Position numbers and translations under genes: made by a program. A stretch of 64,000 nucleotides of DNA from Planctomycetota bacterium (lineage in GTDB: Bacteria > Planctomycetota > UBA1135 > UBA2386). This document shows, piece by piece, positions 39,358 to 49,816 of this stretch. Each line of letters opens with the position of its first letter. Position 1 is the first letter of the stretch. A model generated the notes under the pieces. That model worked only from the letters and a program-made list of their open reading frames with translations, ran no database searches and was not told the origin of the DNA. The DNA lies in NCBI GenBank assembly GCA_947501605.1, contig CANMWZ010000002.1, forward strand, positions 96,001 through 160,000, read 5' to 3'.

Positions 39358-40638
39358 TTGCCCTCGGTGCCCACTCTCGAACGCGAACTGCGCTGGCTCC
39401 GCGCCTACGCGCTGCTGACGTATCCGTTCGCGTGCGTGCCGTTCTTGTTCCTCTTCTTCCGTGACCACGGCCTCGACCTCGCGCAGTACGGCACAGTGAT
39501 CACCGCCTACTACGTGGCGATGTTCGTGTTCGACGTGCCGACCAGCATACTGGCCGATCGACTTGGTCAGCGCGCCATGATGGTCATCGGCCCAGTCGTG
39601 CTCGCGCTGGGCTTTGTCGTGCTGTTCACGTGGCGCACGTTCACAGGCTTCTGCGTCGGCGAAGCGCTGATGGGCATTGGCCACTCGCTGTTGTCTGGTC
39701 CACCATCGACGCTCCTCTACGAACTGCTGCGAGGCCATGACGCCGAGCATCGCTACCTGAAGGAGGAGTCGCGCATCCACGCACTCAGGCTCACGGGCAC
39801 CGGAACGTCGTTCCTGCTCGGCGGCGGCATCGCCTCTTGGTTCGCCGACGATCGCGGGTATGGCCATGCGGCGACCATCCTGCCGACGGCCATCCTGTGC
39901 GTGCTGTGCGCCACCTGCGCACTGCAGTTGAGGGAGCCGCAAAAGCGCGAGCCACGGCGCTGGCGGGAGTTTGCCAGACAAGCACTGGCCGACCTCTGGC
40001 TGCGCGACGTTCGCTGGCTGCTGGTCTACTGGGTCGTGCTGTTCGCGTTGCTGCGCTACCCATTCCACAACTACCAAGTGGTGCTCGACAACGAGACGGC
40101 GCACGAGCCCTTGTTCGCCTCCCCGCTTTTCGTCGGCATCCTCTACGCCGTGCTCAACCTCGTGGCCGCGCCGCTGAGTCGGCGCGTTCCCGAACTCGTC
40201 CAGCAATTCGGTCGGCGCCGGCTGTTCTGGGCGATGCCGGTGATGCTGTGCGCGAGCCTGCTGGTCATGGCGCTGTCGATGCTGGCTGCCGAGTCGTGGC
40301 CGCAACACGCGCGCGCACTGGCGTGGGTGTCGATCGCGATGTTCTTCATCCAGCAGATTCCGTTTGGCATGCACTGGGCCCTGGTCCAGGAGTTCGTGAA
40401 CCATCGGATCCAGCCCGAGGCGCGCTCGACCGTGTGGTCGGTGCTGTCGCTCGGAGGCCGGCTGTTCTATTCGCCCATCAACCAGGGTCTCTTTGTGCTG
40501 CAACAGCTGAGCGGGTTACCGACCGCGCTTTCGCTCTGTGCTGGCGTTGGCATCGTCGCGACGACCGCGGTCATGTTGCGACGACCGCGCGGGCTGCTGC
40601 GAGATGCCGAACTGGACCTCAGCGACCGAGGTCGATGA
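39358..40638 (+). CDS. MFS transporter
   Basis: ~12 TM helices, motif-A-like ILADRLGQR. Confidence 0.88.
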   Translation: MPSVPTLERELRWLRAYALLTYPFACVPFLFLFFRDHGLDLAQYGTVITAYYVAMFVFDVPTSILADRLGQRAMMVIGPVVLALGFVVLFTWRTFTGFCVGEALMGIGHSLLSGPPSTLLYELLRGHDAEHRYLKEESRIHALRLTGTGTSFLLGGGIASWFADDRGYGHAATILPTAILCVLCATCALQLREPQKREPRRWREFARQALADLWLRDVRWLLVYWVVLFALLRYPFHNYQVVLDNETAHEPLFASPLFVGILYAVLNLVAAPLSRRVPELVQQFGRRRLFWAMPVMLCASLLVMALSMLAAESWPQHARALAWVSIAMFFIQQIPFGMHWALVQEFVNHRIQPEARSTVWSVLSLGGRLFYSPINQGLFVLQQLSGLPTALSLCAGVGIVATTAVMLRRPRGLLRDAELDLSDRGR

Positions 40639-42184
40639 ACACGCCGCCATTCTGTTCGGCGAGATCGCGCAAGAACTCCTTCTGGAACTCGCCGATCGCG
40701 ATCGTGTGGAAGACGATCTTGAAGGCCTCGTTGTAGCGACGCACCTCCTTCAGAATCTCCAGGGTGTCGATGATCTTGCCGATCGATGGGCGACCGTCGC
40801 TGAGGAAGTAAACCGTGTCGAGCTTGTTCTTGATCGACACCTTGTCCCCGCCGGTCACCGCGGCGCGGGGCGGATTCTCCGGATCGACGCCGAACGGATG
40901 CAGCACCGCTTTCAGCGTGTTGGTCTTGCCGCCGGCCGGATCGGTCAGGCCACCGAGCCCGGCCGCCGCGAGGTCCTGGTCCTCGGTCCCACCGATGGGT
41001 TTCAGTCGACCCACCCAGGCCTTGGCCGCCTCGCGGTTGACGATGTTTGCCGGCACGAGCCGTGGTCTCCACACGTTCAGTTCGCTGGCGAAGGCGATGA
41101 TAGTGAAGTTGGTTGTCTCGGTCAGCGAGTCCAGTGCGCTCAGCAACTGAGCTCGCACAACGGTGAACTTCTTGTCGTCGCGATAGCCCTGGAACTTCTC
41201 GCGCTCCACCACCGTGTCATCCATCGAGCCCGAGACGTCGATGATGAACATCACGTGAGTCGAGGTCGTCGGGATGCCAGCAAAGGTCGTCAGGCCCTCC
41301 TTCTGACCATAGATCTCGGCGTACTTTCTTCGGCTCTCTGCCTTCTTGGCGAGCTCCTCCTTGGTCGGGATCCGCCAGCCCTCGATGGCCATGAGGCGAT
41401 TCCACTGCTCCTGCCAGCGGTCGGGTTCGAGCCCGAACTCGAAGCCAGTGATCCGGAACAGTGCTTCGGCGCACTCCGTGCGCACGCGGCCGGTCTGCCG
41501 CATCAAGTCGATCAAGGGTTGCACCGCCGCTTGCGGGCGCGTCACGGCGACCGCGGTGACCGCCGATGTCTGCACCTGCCACTCCGAGTCTTTCAACAGC
41601 GGTACCACGGCGACTCCGAGGTCGACGAGCTCGAGCTTGGCGACGGCGTCGCAGGCAGCCATGCGCACGAGCGCGTCACCATCGCTGAGCATCGGCGAGA
41701 CGACCTGGGCGACGTTGGTCTCACCGATCAGCTGCAGGGCGCGCAGCGCCTCGTAGCGGATCTGCGAAGTAGCCTTGGGCTCGAGAGCCGCCGCGCAGAT
41801 CGCGTCCTTGGCCCCCTTCAGGTGCGCGGCGCCAAAGACGCGTAGCAACAGCAGTCGCTGAGCCTGGTCCTTGTTGTCGGCAAAGCCATCGAGCCAGGGT
41901 TGGAACGACTTCGAATCTTTGTAGCCCGCGAGCACGGCCAGGGCCGTCTGTTGCACCAGGGGTACCTTGTGGCCCATTAGCCCGAGCAGCTCGTCGACGG
42001 CCGGCACGCACTCGTAGCCGCTGAGTGTCCGAACGGCTTCCACTTGCTCTGCCTCGGTCTTGAACTTCCGGAAGAAGCGCTGGAAGTCTTTCACGAACGC
42101 AAGCCGATCCGGGTCCGCATCCTGCGCAAACGCAGTAGCGGTCAGGAGCAGCATGGCCAGCAACAGGCCGATTCGATGCAGCAT
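40619..42184 (-). CDS. Exported HEAT-repeat + von Willebrand factor A domain protein
   Basis: Signal peptide ending AFA-Q, HEAT repeats (LKDSEWQVQTSAV), MIDAS DVSGSM, FLSDGRP. Confidence 0.85.
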   Translation of the reverse strand: MLHRIGLLLAMLLLTATAFAQDADPDRLAFVKDFQRFFRKFKTEAEQVEAVRTLSGYECVPAVDELLGLMGHKVPLVQQTALAVLAGYKDSKSFQPWLDGFADNKDQAQRLLLLRVFGAAHLKGAKDAICAAALEPKATSQIRYEALRALQLIGETNVAQVVSPMLSDGDALVRMAACDAVAKLELVDLGVAVVPLLKDSEWQVQTSAVTAVAVTRPQAAVQPLIDLMRQTGRVRTECAEALFRITGFEFGLEPDRWQEQWNRLMAIEGWRIPTKEELAKKAESRRKYAEIYGQKEGLTTFAGIPTTSTHVMFIIDVSGSMDDTVVEREKFQGYRDDKKFTVVRAQLLSALDSLTETTNFTIIAFASELNVWRPRLVPANIVNREAAKAWVGRLKPIGGTEDQDLAAAGLGGLTDPAGGKTNTLKAVLHPFGVDPENPPRAAVTGGDKVSIKNKLDTVYFLSDGRPSIGKIIDTLEILKEVRRYNEAFKIVFHTIAIGEFQKEFLRDLAEQNGGVFIDLGR

Positions 42185-42285
42185 GTGTGTTCTTGCGAGC
42201 AGCAGAGGGGCCACCGCACGATAGCACGACAGAGACACGCCGTCGCGGTGACTCGCTACCGCTGCGTCGATCTGCCGCGCCTGAA

Positions 42286-42816
42286 TCAGCCGTGCGCGGC
42301 CGGATGGCGCCACCACGCGAGCCGCACGTCGCGGTCGAGCGTTCGCCCGAGGACCAGCAGGTCGGCCTGCGCGAGTGCAACATCGGCCTCGCGCGGACGC
42401 GTGGTCGCTGCCCGCGGCGTCAGGACGAACTCCACCGTGGAGTGGTAGTCGACCTCGAGGGTCCACGACATCGACATCGACGTCGACGACAGCCGCAGCG
42501 ACTTGGCGAGGTTCTCGAGCTGGACGATGCCGCGCGAATCGAGGGCCTGCCATCGGACGAACGGCAGGCGGCGGCGAATGCGATCGCCGCCGTGCGATTC
42601 CGTCACGCGAACCCCGTCGAGGCGACCGATGGCGCGCTGCACGGCAAAAACGGAGGCATCGATGCCTTCTTGCTCCGCTTCACGAGCACGCTCGATCGTG
42701 GCCACAGCTACGGACCCGCCCGCGATGGCTCCACACAGGTCGCACTCCATGACATTGTGACCCTCGTGCAGACGGGGGGTCAGGCTGTTGTTGCCGCATT
42801 CGCTACAGGAGTCCAT
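42286..42816 (-). CDS. Hypothetical protein with N-terminal Zn-ribbon
   Basis: CSEC...CDLC; 176-aa C-terminal part of the listed ORF. Confidence 0.6.
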   Translation of the reverse strand: MDSCSECGNNSLTPRLHEGHNVMECDLCGAIAGGSVAVATIERAREAEQEGIDASVFAVQRAIGRLDGVRVTESHGGDRIRRRLPFVRWQALDSRGIVQLENLAKSLRLSSTSMSMSWTLEVDYHSTVEFVLTPRAATTRPREADVALAQADLLVLGRTLDRDVRLAWWRHPAAHG

Positions 42817-42896
42817 CGATCGATCAGCCGGAGTTGAGGGCGGAGGATTACACCGCCGATCCGCGCTGTCGTAAAGGCCCTGCGCGCAATGACCTC

Positions 42897-44756
42897 TCAG
42901 CGGTCCGTTGGTGTTTTGCGCTCGGCCTTCTTCACGGGCAGTGACTTTGGCACTTGAGCCCCAGGCGAACGCACCGGCAGAGCGGGTTCTGCGGCCTTGC
43001 CGGTCCGCATCGCCTTGAGTTGGCGCGCCGCCACCTGTCGCAGCCATTCTTCCTCGTCGCCGAGTGAGCCAAACCGGAGGTTGTCCGAGGCTGGATGCTG
43101 GACCACCTGCTCGACCTCCGACCGCGGCACAACGATGCGATCGGAGCGCATCTGGATGATGTACTGATCGTCGACCACGGACTCGAGGATCGCGCCCACG
43201 AGGCGATTCTTGTTGCTGAGCTTCAAGAAGCCGGTCGTCGCGCGTTGCAGGTCGAAGTAGTCGGTGCTGTCCAGCGCCGTCAGCTTGGTGACCTCTTTCC
43301 GCGGCAGAGAGACCTCCCCCTGCTTGACGGTCATGATGAGCGCGTCGCGGGCGACGCCCTTCACGCTGCCGATGAAGAAGTTGCCGTTCTGCAACTGCGC
43401 AAAGGCCTTGCTGCCTGGTCGGATGTCGGTCCACTGCTCGACCGGCTCGGCAAGCGGATCGAACTGGCCGATCCATAGGGTCTCACCCGCCGGCTGATAG
43501 CGCGGTAGCTCGCTAGCTGCGATCTGAGGCCCGGGCTCGACCGGTGCCGGCTCACTGACGACGGGAGCAGTCGTGCTCGGCTCGCTCGGGGTCGGGACCA
43601 CCGGCTCGCTGTGCAGCACGCCCTCGGTGCTGGGCTGGGCCGGCAGGGAAGGCGACGCGATCGGTGTCGGCACCGGCTGCGGAGCGAGCTTCGGTGGCGC
43701 CGGCTGCGGCACGCGTGGCCCGGTATCCGGACGCGCCACCTCGACGCGATCGCTCAGCTGTGGATCGAGCTTGAGCCCCACCCACTCAGGGGACAAGACC
43801 ACGACGCCGGCCGCGCCGAGTACGAGCATCGCTGCCGCCAACGAACCGACGAGACGCAAAGTGCGGCCGCGGTAGGGAGCCATCTCCAGGACGACGGACT
43901 CTGCCGGCGCATCCTCGCCACCGCCCTCGAGCACCTCGAAGTGCGACTGGCGGCGGTAGTTTGGCTCGGATTCGTCGGCTTCCTCTGGTTGCGCCTCGAC
44001 TTCGCCTTCGCCCTCGGTCTGCAAGCCCGTGTCGTCGGCTTCTGCCTCGACAGGCTCCCATCCTTCTTCGACCGGGTAACCGTCCGCGGGCAGCGGCTCC
44101 TCGGCAAGCAGTGTCGTGCCCTCCTGGTCCTCCGGGTTATCCCCGTAGTTCCCCTCGTTGCCTTGCTGCTCCGGATCAGCGTCCTCACTGGCGTAGATCG
44201 TGTCGGTCTCGTCGACGTGCTCGACTTCTTCGCCATCGGCGACGGCATCGCCGTCGTCGAGCACGAAGACCTCGCCACCTAGCAAGTCATCGTCCGCTGC
44301 AACCGCGTCCGCAGCCTCGGCGACTGCCTCGCTGTCCTCGAGCACGATCTCGTCCGAGTCCTCGTTGCGTGAGAGCCCGTTCTCGTCGTCGACCAGTTCG
44401 AGTTCTTGCTCGCTGTCGATACCGAGTTCGTCGTCGTTATCGAAGTGGCTGCGGCTGTTCTCGACCGGGATGCCGATCTCGTCGGGTGACATCCCACGAC
44501 CTGCCCACTGCGAGCGAACCTCTTCGTCGAATTGGCGACCAGGCTGGCCAAGCGGCGGTTCCTCTCCGTCGGATGCCGCCGGTGCTGCGAACAACATGTC
44601 CTCAGGATCTGCGTCCGCAGGCTGGCCGAAGCTCGGCTTCTGCTTCTGCTTGTTGCCGGACTTCTTGGGCCCCTGCTCGAAGAACGGATCGAGCCCATCG
44701 TTCGGGCCGAGGTTCTCGGGGGTGGTGTCGTCGTTGTCGTGGTCGTGGACGGTCAT
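42897..44756 (-). CDS. Bitopic membrane protein with long acidic disordered N-terminus
   Basis: Long D/E-rich region, one TM helix, Pro-rich linker, two tandem small beta domains. Confidence 0.75.
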   Translation of the reverse strand: MTVHDHDNDDTTPENLGPNDGLDPFFEQGPKKSGNKQKQKPSFGQPADADPEDMLFAAPAASDGEEPPLGQPGRQFDEEVRSQWAGRGMSPDEIGIPVENSRSHFDNDDELGIDSEQELELVDDENGLSRNEDSDEIVLEDSEAVAEAADAVAADDDLLGGEVFVLDDGDAVADGEEVEHVDETDTIYASEDADPEQQGNEGNYGDNPEDQEGTTLLAEEPLPADGYPVEEGWEPVEAEADDTGLQTEGEGEVEAQPEEADESEPNYRRQSHFEVLEGGGEDAPAESVVLEMAPYRGRTLRLVGSLAAAMLVLGAAGVVVLSPEWVGLKLDPQLSDRVEVARPDTGPRVPQPAPPKLAPQPVPTPIASPSLPAQPSTEGVLHSEPVVPTPSEPSTTAPVVSEPAPVEPGPQIAASELPRYQPAGETLWIGQFDPLAEPVEQWTDIRPGSKAFAQLQNGNFFIGSVKGVARDALIMTVKQGEVSLPRKEVTKLTALDSTDYFDLQRATTGFLKLSNKNRLVGAILESVVDDQYIIQMRSDRIVVPRSEVEQVVQHPASDNLRFGSLGDEEEWLRQVAARQLKAMRTGKAAEPALPVRSPGAQVPKSLPVKKAERKTPTDR

Positions 44757-44863
44757 GGCGAACTCCGTAGCAGCCGGGGGATCCCCGGCTCTATCGGCTC
44801 GCGACCATCCAGGAACTGAACGGATCCTCCGCGACGGTGGAGCCCCCTTGGAAAATCCTGTCG

Positions 44864-45031
44864 CTGGCAGCCTGTTGCAGCACGCATCCTGCCTGTGGGC
44901 GCGGTAGCGGGTCCGATGTCTGCATCGCACGAACTGCGTCGAATCTGCCGATTCGAGGCAGTTCGCGCTCCTTGAGCTGAAACAAGCTCACGAACCCTCG
45001 GCGACGGAACCGTTCTTCAACAGGCTGTTAG
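44864..45031. mobile_element. Putative MITE / IS remnant with CAGCCTGTTG terminal inverted repeats
   Basis: CTGGCAGCCTGTTGCAG at 44864-44880 and CTTCAACAGGCTGTTAG at 45015-45031; non-coding interior. Confidence 0.55.
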
Positions 45032-45054
45032 GCCCTTGTCAACGGCTGCATCGG

Positions 45055-46998
45055 TCAGCCTTCGGCGCCGAGTTCACGACTCAGAGCCGAGGATGGCAGC
45101 AGCCGCCGGACACCACCGCGAAGCACCGTGAGCCCCAGGGCATCGACGTGTTCCAACAGCGGGATCAGGTACTTGCGGCTGGTATCCAGCTCGTCGCGCA
45201 GCTTGGGGATGTCCAGAACCTCGTCGTGCTTCAGGCAGTTGGTGCGGATCGAACGCAGCGCCGAGCGCAGCACCGGCGCGGCATAGAAGTGCTCCCCCAC
45301 GCGCTCGACCCGTCCTTCGTCGCCAGCGCGGTCGAGCAGGCCCGACAATGCGTCGCCGACGAGTTGCACGTGCGCCTCGATCTCGGCCCGGTCCGGTGGA
45401 CGAAAGCCACGCTCCGTGCACAGCGCCACGATGCCAGTAAGACGCTGTTGGTCGGCGCCCGACAGTGGCCGCAACCGTTCGAGGAACAGGATCTGGCCCT
45501 GACTGCCGGCACGCACGCGCCCTTGGTTCAGCAGGTCGTCGAAGACGGCATCGATCAACGGCTGCGGCAACGATTTCGTCGCGCGAAGTGCGCTGCGCTG
45601 GATCGAGGCTGCCGCCGCGCGTTTCTGCAACATCCGCTCGACAGAGTCCAGCAACTCGAGTTCGCCATGCCGAAGGTCCGCAAGCCGAAAGGCACGGCGC
45701 GCCCGCTGGTGCCAATGCACGTTGGGCATCGATGCGAGCACATCTTCGGCGGCCAGCTCATCGCGCTCGAGCGCTTGCGCGAGGGCCGCAATGGCACAAC
45801 CTGACGCCCCAGCCTGGGTCAGCTCGTGTTCGATGCGCGACTCCGGACGGTCGCCAGCCTCGCGGAGCGACTGGAGCTCGTCGCCGAGGAACTTTCGACG
45901 GTATCGACCGTGACCAGCGACCACCCGCATCACCGAGCCGCCGCCGACGGTGACCGGCGGCGTTTCCAGACGAAGCAAGACGCGATCCCCGTGAGCACAG
46001 CACACTGGCTCATCGAGCACGATGCGCACCACGGCACGTTCGCCAGCGGGAAGCACGTCGCGATCGAGCAACAACACGTCACCGCGAATCTCCACCGTTC
46101 CGGTGTGCAGTCGGACCGGAGTGCGATGGCGAAGCGGTTTGCTGCGCAACAGCAGCCGAACGTCAAGGTCGACGGCGGAGCCGACTGGAAAGGTCCCCGG
46201 TGCGCAGGCGACCATGCCACGGCGAAGACCGGCTTGCCGAGCGTCTGGCACCGACAAGGCCGTGCTGTGTCCCGCTACTGCTTGTTCGACTTTGCCACCG
46301 TAGGCATGAAGGCCACGAACGCGCACCCGCTCCCCCCCTGGCAGGATCTCGATCTCGTCGCCGGGCGACACCGTGCCAGCCAGCGGGATGCCGGTCACAA
46401 CCGTACCGATGCCAGGCAAGGTGAAGACGCGCTGGATCGGCATGCGAAACGCGCCGCCGCTCGGTCGCGGTTCGAGGCCACGAGCAAGCTGTTCGATTTC
46501 TGCCTTGAGCTCTTCGATGCCCTGTCCGGTGACGGAACTGACGTGGCACACCAAAGCGTCCTGAAGCACCGTGCCCTTGACCGCCTCTTTGACCTCCAAG
46601 GTCGCCATCTCGACAAGGGTCGCATCGACCATGTCGATCTTGGTCATCACGATGATCCCCTCGCGGACGCCGAGCAGGTCAATGATGTCGAGATGCTCGA
46701 TCGTCTGCGGCATCACGCCGTCGTCAGCAGCCACGACCAGCAGCACGAGGTCAATGCCAGTGCAGCCTGCGACCATGTTGCGCACGAACCGCTCGTGACC
46801 AGGAACGTCGACGACCCCGAGATAGCGGCCGTCCTTCATCTTCCACCGGGCGAATCCCAGGTCGATCGTGAGCCCCCGCTCCTGCTCTTCCTTGAGGCGA
46901 TCGGGGTCGATGCCGGTCAGCGCCCGAACGAGCGACGACTTGCCGTGGTCGATGTGGCCTGCCGTCCCGACCACGACTGGATGGATCGGACGCGCCAT
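45055..46998 (-). CDS. selB: Selenocysteine-specific translation elongation factor
   Basis: [31 protein letters not shown]-terminal winged helix [10 protein letters not shown]. Confidence 0.95.
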   Translation of the reverse strand: MARPIHPVVVGTAGHIDHGKSSLVRALTGIDPDRLKEEQERGLTIDLGFARWKMKDGRYLGVVDVPGHERFVRNMVAGCTGIDLVLLVVAADDGVMPQTIEHLDIIDLLGVREGIIVMTKIDMVDATLVEMATLEVKEAVKGTVLQDALVCHVSSVTGQGIEELKAEIEQLARGLEPRPSGGAFRMPIQRVFTLPGIGTVVTGIPLAGTVSPGDEIEILPGGERVRVRGLHAYGGKVEQAVAGHSTALSVPDARQAGLRRGMVACAPGTFPVGSAVDLDVRLLLRSKPLRHRTPVRLHTGTVEIRGDVLLLDRDVLPAGERAVVRIVLDEPVCCAHGDRVLLRLETPPVTVGGGSVMRVVAGHGRYRRKFLGDELQSLREAGDRPESRIEHELTQAGASGCAIAALAQALERDELAAEDVLASMPNVHWHQRARRAFRLADLRHGELELLDSVERMLQKRAAAASIQRSALRATKSLPQPLIDAVFDDLLNQGRVRAGSQGQILFLERLRPLSGADQQRLTGIVALCTERGFRPPDRAEIEAHVQLVGDALSGLLDRAGDEGRVERVGEHFYAAPVLRSALRSIRTNCLKHDEVLDIPKLRDELDTSRKYLIPLLEHVDALGLTVLRGGVRRLLPSSALSRELGAEG

Positions 46999-47005
46999 CC
47001 CCGGG

Positions 47006-47710
47006 TCAACGCGGTAGGTATAGGATGCGCTGGCAGGAGTCGCAGGAGATCACGGTTGTGCCGCCCATGAGCTTGGCGGTGTCGTTCGTCGTGATCTTGT
47101 TGTAGCAGCCCTGGCAGAAGCCGCGTTCGACCGAGCAGACCGCGAGGCCATCGCGGGTGGCAAAAAGCCGCTCGTAGCCAGTCAGAAGGTCGTTCGGAAT
47201 GCCCTCGGCGACGAACTTGCGCTTTTCAATCACGCCGACGACTTTGAGCTCACAGGCGGCACGCAGCTTCGCAGCCTCCGCAAGGAACCCTTCGAACACT
47301 TTCCGCTCCTCCGCGGCAGCAGCCGCCGCGGTAGTCAACTCGGCCTTGAGGGCGTCCATCCCCTCCAGCAACTTCAGGCACTCGTCCTGAAGGCGATCTC
47401 GTTCGCGCACCACTGACTCGATCTGGAACAGAGTCGCCTGATACTCCGCGTTGTTGCGGACGGCGTTGAGGCGCTCGTTGAGCTTCTTGATCTCGTCGTC
47501 CGATTGCTTGACGGTTATGTCGAGAGCCCGGGTCTCCAGTTCGACCTTGGTCGAACGGTCCTTACGCTCAAGAGCGAGGCGCTCGAGGTCGTCGAGCTTG
47601 CGCTTGCGCTTCAGTTCCTCGGCGGGCAGGGAGGCAGTATCGCGTCGCAGCGAGACGATCTCCTGGTCGACCTTCTGCAGTTCCAGCAGCTTCTTGACGT
47701 TCGGATGCAC
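47006..47710 (-). CDS. Coiled-coil protein with C4-type zinc ribbon (DUF164 family)
   Basis: [15 protein letters not shown]...CDSCQRILY; usual position after rpoD. Confidence 0.9.
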   Translation of the reverse strand: MHPNVKKLLELQKVDQEIVSLRRDTASLPAEELKRKRKLDDLERLALERKDRSTKVELETRALDITVKQSDDEIKKLNERLNAVRNNAEYQATLFQIESVVRERDRLQDECLKLLEGMDALKAELTTAAAAAAEERKVFEGFLAEAAKLRAACELKVVGVIEKRKFVAEGIPNDLLTGYERLFATRDGLAVCSVERGFCQGCYNKITTNDTAKLMGGTTVISCDSCQRILYLPR

Positions 47711-47726
47711 CTGAGTCCGTCTTGAT

Positions 47727-47750
47727 CCCTAAGGCGGACGCCTTTGGGGA
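47727..47750. terminator. Hairpin between rpoD and the zinc-ribbon gene
   Basis: Imperfect inverted repeat CCCTAAGGCG-GA-CGCCTTTGGGG. Confidence 0.3.
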
Positions 47751-47906
47751 CGAGGGAGCTTAGCTAGCTCGCTGCGGTGCTCAAGGGGAATGTCAGACGC
47801 CTGCATCCCCGATCGGCCTCAGCAGGAGCGGCTTCGACCACCGCCGCCTCGCCGGGCCCGCACGAAATGCGAGCCAGGCGCGGGCGCGAACGCAGGGCGC
47901 GATCGA

Positions 47907-49613
47907 CTACATCCCTTCGCTGATCGGCGAATCGAGGAAGCCGCCCAGACGGCGAGCCCGAACCGGGTGCTGCAGCTTGCGAACGGCCTTGGCCTCGATC
48001 TGTCGCACGCGTTCCCGCGTCACGCGGAAGATGCGGCCAACTTCTTCGAGGGTGTAGGTGTAGCCATCGCCGATGCCGTAGCGCAGCTTGATGATCTCGC
48101 GCTCGCGGAAGGTCAAGGTGCTCAGCACGCTCTCGATGCGCTCGCGCAGCATTTCGCGGCTCGCCGCACTGACAGGCGACTCGACCGACTCGTCCTCGAT
48201 GAAGTCACCGAAGTACGAGTCGTCAGACTCGCCGATCGGCCGGTCGAGACTGATCGGATGCTTGCTGATCTTCATTACGCGCTTGGCCTCTTCGACCGAG
48301 ACCTGCGCTGCCTCCGCCACCTCTTCGATCGAAGGCTCGCGACCCTTAGCCTGGATGAGCTTCTTCGTCACATTGCGAAGCTTGCTCATCGTCTCGATCA
48401 TGTGCACGGGGATGCGAATCGTGCGCGCTTGGTCGGCGATCGAGCGCGTAATGGCCTGACGGATCCACCACGTCGCATAGGTCGAGAACTTGTAGCCACG
48501 GCGGTACTCGTACTTCTCCACCGCCTTCATCAAGCCCGTGTTGCCTTCTTGGATCAGATCCAGGAACGACAGCCCGCGATTGCGGTACTTCTTGGCGATC
48601 GAAACGACCAGGCGAAGGTTGCCGGACGACAGCTTCCGCTTGGCATCTTCGTAGGCGGCATAGGCCTGACGAACGAACTGAAGACGACGCTCGAGCCGCT
48701 CCACGGTCTCGAGACCGTCGATCTGCATCTCCATCAAACGGCGTCGAGTCTCCTGCGCGTCCGGATTGTGGATCTGAGCGCCGCGATAGCGCTGCAGACG
48801 CTGGCCGAGGCGGTGCGCTTCCTGCACTCGGCTCTCGATCAGATCGATCATTGGACGAACCTTCTTGCCCTGCAGGTTCAGTTCTTCGATCAAGGCGACG
48901 GCCTTGCGACGGCGCGAAAAGATGCGCTTGTTGAGGACCTGCGAGTCCGTTGCAGACGGCGTGCCCTCCATCATCTGCAGGCAGTCTTTGCGCGCCGCGT
49001 CGTAGATCAAACGCAGCGTTGCGATATTGCCCGGCAGTCGATCCGACAGATCGGCCTTGCCGACCTCGGGATCCTGCTGGTTCACCTTCAGCGTGCGGTC
49101 GAATGCGAGTTCGCCCTTCAACACGTCCTCGAGGATCTCGATCGCATTCTGCAGGCCAAAGCCCGAGCTCAGCACCTCCTTGCGGAACTGCTTGCGCGTC
49201 AGCTCGATTTTGCGCGCCAGCGAGATCTCCTCCTCGCGCGTCAGCAGCGGGATCTCGCCCATCTGCGTGAGATACATGCGCACGGGGTCGTCGATCTTCT
49301 CCGTGATGTCGACGATGGGCGCAGCGAGTTCGGCCTCGGTTGGCTCTTGGAGATCGAGCTCGGGCAGATCGGCCTCGTCGCCGCCAGCATCCTCGCCGTC
49401 CTCCTTGCGAGCAGATCCCTTCTTGTCCTTCTGCTTCTGATCCTCTTCGACGACGTCGAGACCGGCTTCCTCGATCATCGCGATCGCGGCCTCGATCTTC
49501 TCGGGCGTAGAGTTGTCGTCCGGCAGAACGGAGTTGAGTTGGGCCAGCGTGATCACGCCCGTCTTGCGATGGGCTTTGATCAGTGCCTTGAGCTTCTTGT
49601 CGAGGGTATCCAT
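47907..49613 (-). CDS. rpoD: RNA polymerase primary sigma factor
   Basis: [47 protein letters not shown]. Confidence 0.97.
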   Translation of the reverse strand: MDTLDKKLKALIKAHRKTGVITLAQLNSVLPDDNSTPEKIEAAIAMIEEAGLDVVEEDQKQKDKKGSARKEDGEDAGGDEADLPELDLQEPTEAELAAPIVDITEKIDDPVRMYLTQMGEIPLLTREEEISLARKIELTRKQFRKEVLSSGFGLQNAIEILEDVLKGELAFDRTLKVNQQDPEVGKADLSDRLPGNIATLRLIYDAARKDCLQMMEGTPSATDSQVLNKRIFSRRRKAVALIEELNLQGKKVRPMIDLIESRVQEAHRLGQRLQRYRGAQIHNPDAQETRRRLMEMQIDGLETVERLERRLQFVRQAYAAYEDAKRKLSSGNLRLVVSIAKKYRNRGLSFLDLIQEGNTGLMKAVEKYEYRRGYKFSTYATWWIRQAITRSIADQARTIRIPVHMIETMSKLRNVTKKLIQAKGREPSIEEVAEAAQVSVEEAKRVMKISKHPISLDRPIGESDDSYFGDFIEDESVESPVSAASREMLRERIESVLSTLTFREREIIKLRYGIGDGYTYTLEEVGRIFRVTRERVRQIEAKAVRKLQHPVRARRLGGFLDSPISEGM

Positions 49614-49816
49614 GGGGTGCGCGGGGCCGAAGTCCCTACGTCGGGCTGCGGCCAAGGGGTTTCGTTTACGGACAGCGGGCTGCGGAAGGGCCGGAGAAAT
49701 CCAGAATGCTGTGCTTCTGGAGCAATCCGGACAGTCAGGTTCGGGGTCGGGTAGGGCCCCGGATAGGGTCTGCGATCAGGGCGTCGGGTCTGGGTCGAAA
49801 GCTGTGGAAATGAAGG

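Noticed and set aside
47790..49754. 654-aa plus-strand ORF
   Set aside because: Antisense shadow of rpoD.
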